Shown in pieces: positions 61,565 to 64,000 of a stretch of 64,000 bases of DNA. Under the pieces are notes generated by a model, which was not told where the DNA came from, ran no database searches, and saw only the letters and a program-made list of their open reading frames with translations. Numbering within the stretch: position 1 is the first letter of the stretch; the number at the start of each line of letters is the position of its first letter. Origin of the DNA: an uncultured Pseudomonadota bacterium. GTDB lineage: Bacteria; Desulfobacterota; Syntrophorhabdia; Syntrophorhabdales; CAYQXL01. The DNA lies in NCBI GenBank assembly GCA_964421445.1, contig CAYQXL010000001.1, positions 1,981-65,980 of the forward strand, written 5' to 3'. Made by a program: the position numbers and the translations under genes.

Positions 61565-63913
61565 ATGAAAGACTATTCTGTCATACATACGAGACTTCCC
61601 AGGGTCGACGCCCGAACAAAAGCAACGGGCGGAGCGCGTTACGCCGACGATCTCTCGCTGCCGAACATGCTCTACGGTGCCCTTCTTCAGAGTTCTGTGG
61701 CCCACGGGAGAATCACGAAAATCGATACAACGAAGGCGAAAGGTCTTGCCGGTGTCAAAGCGGTTGTAACGGCAAAAGAAGCCGGGTCGGTCCGGTTCGG
61801 GGTAAGTCCTGCACGATATGATGAAACGATTTTTGCAGGTGACAGGGTCCGGTACGTCGGCGATGAAGTAGCCGCCGTAGCCGCTGTCGATCTCGAGACA
61901 GCCCAGGAAGCGGTGCGTTTGATTGATGTGGAGTATGAAGAACTGCCGGTCATTCTCGATCCCTTTGAAGCAATCAAGGAGGGTTCGATGGCGATACACG
62001 ACGATTTTCCCACCAACATCTGTGCTGAAGTCCACCAGGAGTTCGGTAATGTCGACGAGGCTTTGGTCACGTGCGACTACGTCAGAACCGACCGGTTTGT
62101 CAACCAGAAACAGGACGGAGCCTTTCTGGAGCCACAGGCCTGTATCGGTGACTATGACCTCTCAGGTCGTCTCACGCTCTATTCGTCGACTCAGGCGCCC
62201 CACTATGTCCAGCGGACCGTGGCCATGGTTCTCGGTCTTCCTGTGGGGAGGGTAAGGGTTGTAAAGCCTTACGTCGGGGGAGGGTTCGGACCGAAGGCTT
62301 CGGCGAGCACACTTGAACTGGCGGCATGCCTCCTCTCCATGCGGACGGGCCGGCCGGTCAAAATGGCGTTTACCAGGGAACAGGTCTTTCTCCATAGCAG
62401 GGCCCGTCATCAGTTTTTTCATGAACTGACAACAGGGGTGAAAAAGGACGGAACCCTCGTTGCCCTGAAAAATACCTGTTATCTCGACGGCGGGGCTTAT
62501 GCGAGTTTCGGCATCGCAACCGTCTATTATGCAGGTTCCCTTCTCGGGGCGCCGTACAAACTTCCCAATATGAAATATGACGGCTACAGGGTCTATACAA
62601 ACAAACCGGCGAGCGGTGCACAGAGAGGCCACGGCGGGGTGGCGGCGCGGGCGGCGTGGGAACAGCAACTCGACAGTATCGCTGAAGAGCTCGGCATAGA
62701 CCCCATTGAACTGAGAGTCAGGAATATGATGAAACGGGGAGATGTCACCTGTAACGACTTCAACATGAGCAGCCTCGGAATGAAGGAATGCCTCGAAGCC
62801 GTGAGGGATGGGTCGGGTTGGGAGAAGAAAAAGGGCAGACTTCCCAGGGGGAAGGGGATCGGTGTCGCCTGCGGATTCTTTGTTTCCGGTGCCGGGTACC
62901 CCATCTACCGTTCCGAGACGTTTCATTCCACAGCCATGATCAAACTGTCGGAGGACGGAGGGACGGTCAATCTCTATACGGCATCCGCCGAAATCGGTCA
63001 GGGATCGGACACGATCCTGACCCAGATCGCCGCCGAAGCCCTCGGGGTAAAATACGACGATGTGAAGATCAGTTCGGGAGACACCGATTTTGGTGTCGAT
63101 CTGGGAGCCTACTCATCGCGACAGACCCTCATGTCAGGCCATGCGGTAAAGCAGGCGGCAGAAGACGTGCGGGATCAGGTACTCCAGGTTCTTTCGGAGA
63201 AGACGGGCATCCCTGCCAATGACATGGATATACGGGACGGACTGATCCATTTTTCCGGAAAGAGACCTGATATTACCCCTTTCCGGTCGACTTATCTGAA
63301 GGAACACAGGGGGTGGACCGATCCTCCCACAGGCGACGACCTGACATTCAGGGAGGCGGCGCGGCTGGCCTATCTCGAGAAGGGCGTGGTCGTTGGACGG
63401 GGTGCCTACAAACCAGGCCAGTTGGGTGGTACGTACAAGGGAGCGGCGGTGGGAACATCGCCGGCCTACGGGTGCTCGGCCCAGGTTGTTGAGGTGACGG
63501 TCGATATGGATACAGGGAAGGTAACGGTTGACTCGATGACCGATGCCCATGATTGTGGTTTTGCGATCAACAGGACAAATGTTGAAGGCCAGATGCAGGG
63601 ATCTTTATCCATGGGTCTCGGGGAAGCGCTCTTTGAAGAGGTCAGGTTTGACCAAAATGGGAAGGTCGTCAACGGGAGTCTGGGAGAATACCGCATACCT
63701 ACGTCGCTCGATATGCCGAATGTGAATACGATCATCGTCGAGAGCGATGAACCGAATGGTCCTTTTGGAGCGAAAGAAGTCGGGGAGGGGGCTATAATGC
63801 CTACGATACCGGCTATCTTAAATGCTGTTTACGATGCAACGGGGGTCAGGATCTCTGAACTCCCCGTCACATCAGAGAAGGTTTTTAAGGCATTGAAGGA
63901 AAAGGGTCGTTAA
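61565..63913 (+). CDS. Molybdopterin-binding (large) subunit of a xanthine-dehydrogenase-family hydroxylase; substrate unknown
   Basis: GGGFGPK, AQRGHGG, and C-terminal FGAKEVGEGA (catalytic Glu context). 782 aa. Confidence 0.85.
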   Translation: MKDYSVIHTRLPRVDARTKATGGARYADDLSLPNMLYGALLQSSVAHGRITKIDTTKAKGLAGVKAVVTAKEAGSVRFGVSPARYDETIFAGDRVRYVGDEVAAVAAVDLETAQEAVRLIDVEYEELPVILDPFEAIKEGSMAIHDDFPTNICAEVHQEFGNVDEALVTCDYVRTDRFVNQKQDGAFLEPQACIGDYDLSGRLTLYSSTQAPHYVQRTVAMVLGLPVGRVRVVKPYVGGGFGPKASASTLELAACLLSMRTGRPVKMAFTREQVFLHSRARHQFFHELTTGVKKDGTLVALKNTCYLDGGAYASFGIATVYYAGSLLGAPYKLPNMKYDGYRVYTNKPASGAQRGHGGVAARAAWEQQLDSIAEELGIDPIELRVRNMMKRGDVTCNDFNMSSLGMKECLEAVRDGSGWEKKKGRLPRGKGIGVACGFFVSGAGYPIYRSETFHSTAMIKLSEDGGTVNLYTASAEIGQGSDTILTQIAAEALGVKYDDVKISSGDTDFGVDLGAYSSRQTLMSGHAVKQAAEDVRDQVLQVLSEKTGIPANDMDIRDGLIHFSGKRPDITPFRSTYLKEHRGWTDPPTGDDLTFREAARLAYLEKGVVVGRGAYKPGQLGGTYKGAAVGTSPAYGCSAQVVEVTVDMDTGKVTVDSMTDAHDCGFAINRTNVEGQMQGSLSMGLGEALFEEVRFDQNGKVVNGSLGEYRIPTSLDMPNVNTIIVESDEPNGPFGAKEVGEGAIMPTIPAILNAVYDATGVRISELPVTSEKVFKALKEKGR

Positions 63914-64000
63914 GCCGGGGTGGGACGGAAAAATCCCGGCATGGTGCGACAGGATGGTGGCTGGTGATCTGTCAGGAATGCGGACAGGAGGGGGTGCGCA

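Noticed and set aside
63914-64000. Possible start of another gene at the right edge
   Set aside because: The ATG and GTG candidates at 63919 and 63951 hit a TGA within about 50 nt. The only frame open to the edge is too short to evaluate.

Overview
This is a gene-dense, GC-rich chromosomal segment with about 56 protein genes and one tRNA. No rRNA, CRISPR array, integrase or transposase gene was seen. The gene content suggests a strictly anaerobic, selenocysteine-using, diderm bacterium: an [FeFe]-hydrogenase fusion, a CooS-family protein, type III glutamine synthetase, FTR-like and glutaredoxin-like redox proteins, and an anaerobe-type BioB. The lineage is inference only and resembles syntrophic or sulfate-reducer-type Deltaproteobacteria. 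Most of the window is housekeeping:
- A long minus-strand operon with overlapping stop/start codons: thiL, yhaM-like, rsmE, DUF218-like, dprA, topA, trmFO, bioB.
- Other core genes: lepA, hemW, rarA, plsY, nudC, rpmB and rel.
- Envelope genes: an alpha-2-macroglobulin plus pbpC pair, and a CusRS-like two-component system followed by htrA.
- A three-subunit Mo-hydroxylase.

Two genes are missed or truncated by the ORF track:
1. A 5'-complete, 3'-truncated GltD-[FeFe]-hydrogenase fusion occupies nt 1..2457 on the minus strand.
2. A thioredoxin-fold protein (26959..27531, minus) appears in the track only as its C-terminal 151 aa, because an in-frame TGA sits at the first Cys of the CxxC motif. 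This gives UxxC with a SECIS-like hairpin downstream.

The most unusual region is 4.1-6.8 kb, next to tRNA-Gly(CCC). It holds two paralogous 80-aa lipoproteins made almost entirely of polyproline runs with KKKKG tails. One is immediately followed by a small YkuD-like L,D-transpeptidase; the other is followed by a decayed copy of that gene. Between them lies a W/Y/R-rich secreted protein. The region also has conserved long palindromes and a MITE-like inverted-repeat element.

All functional calls rest on motif recognition by eye. No database search was possible.
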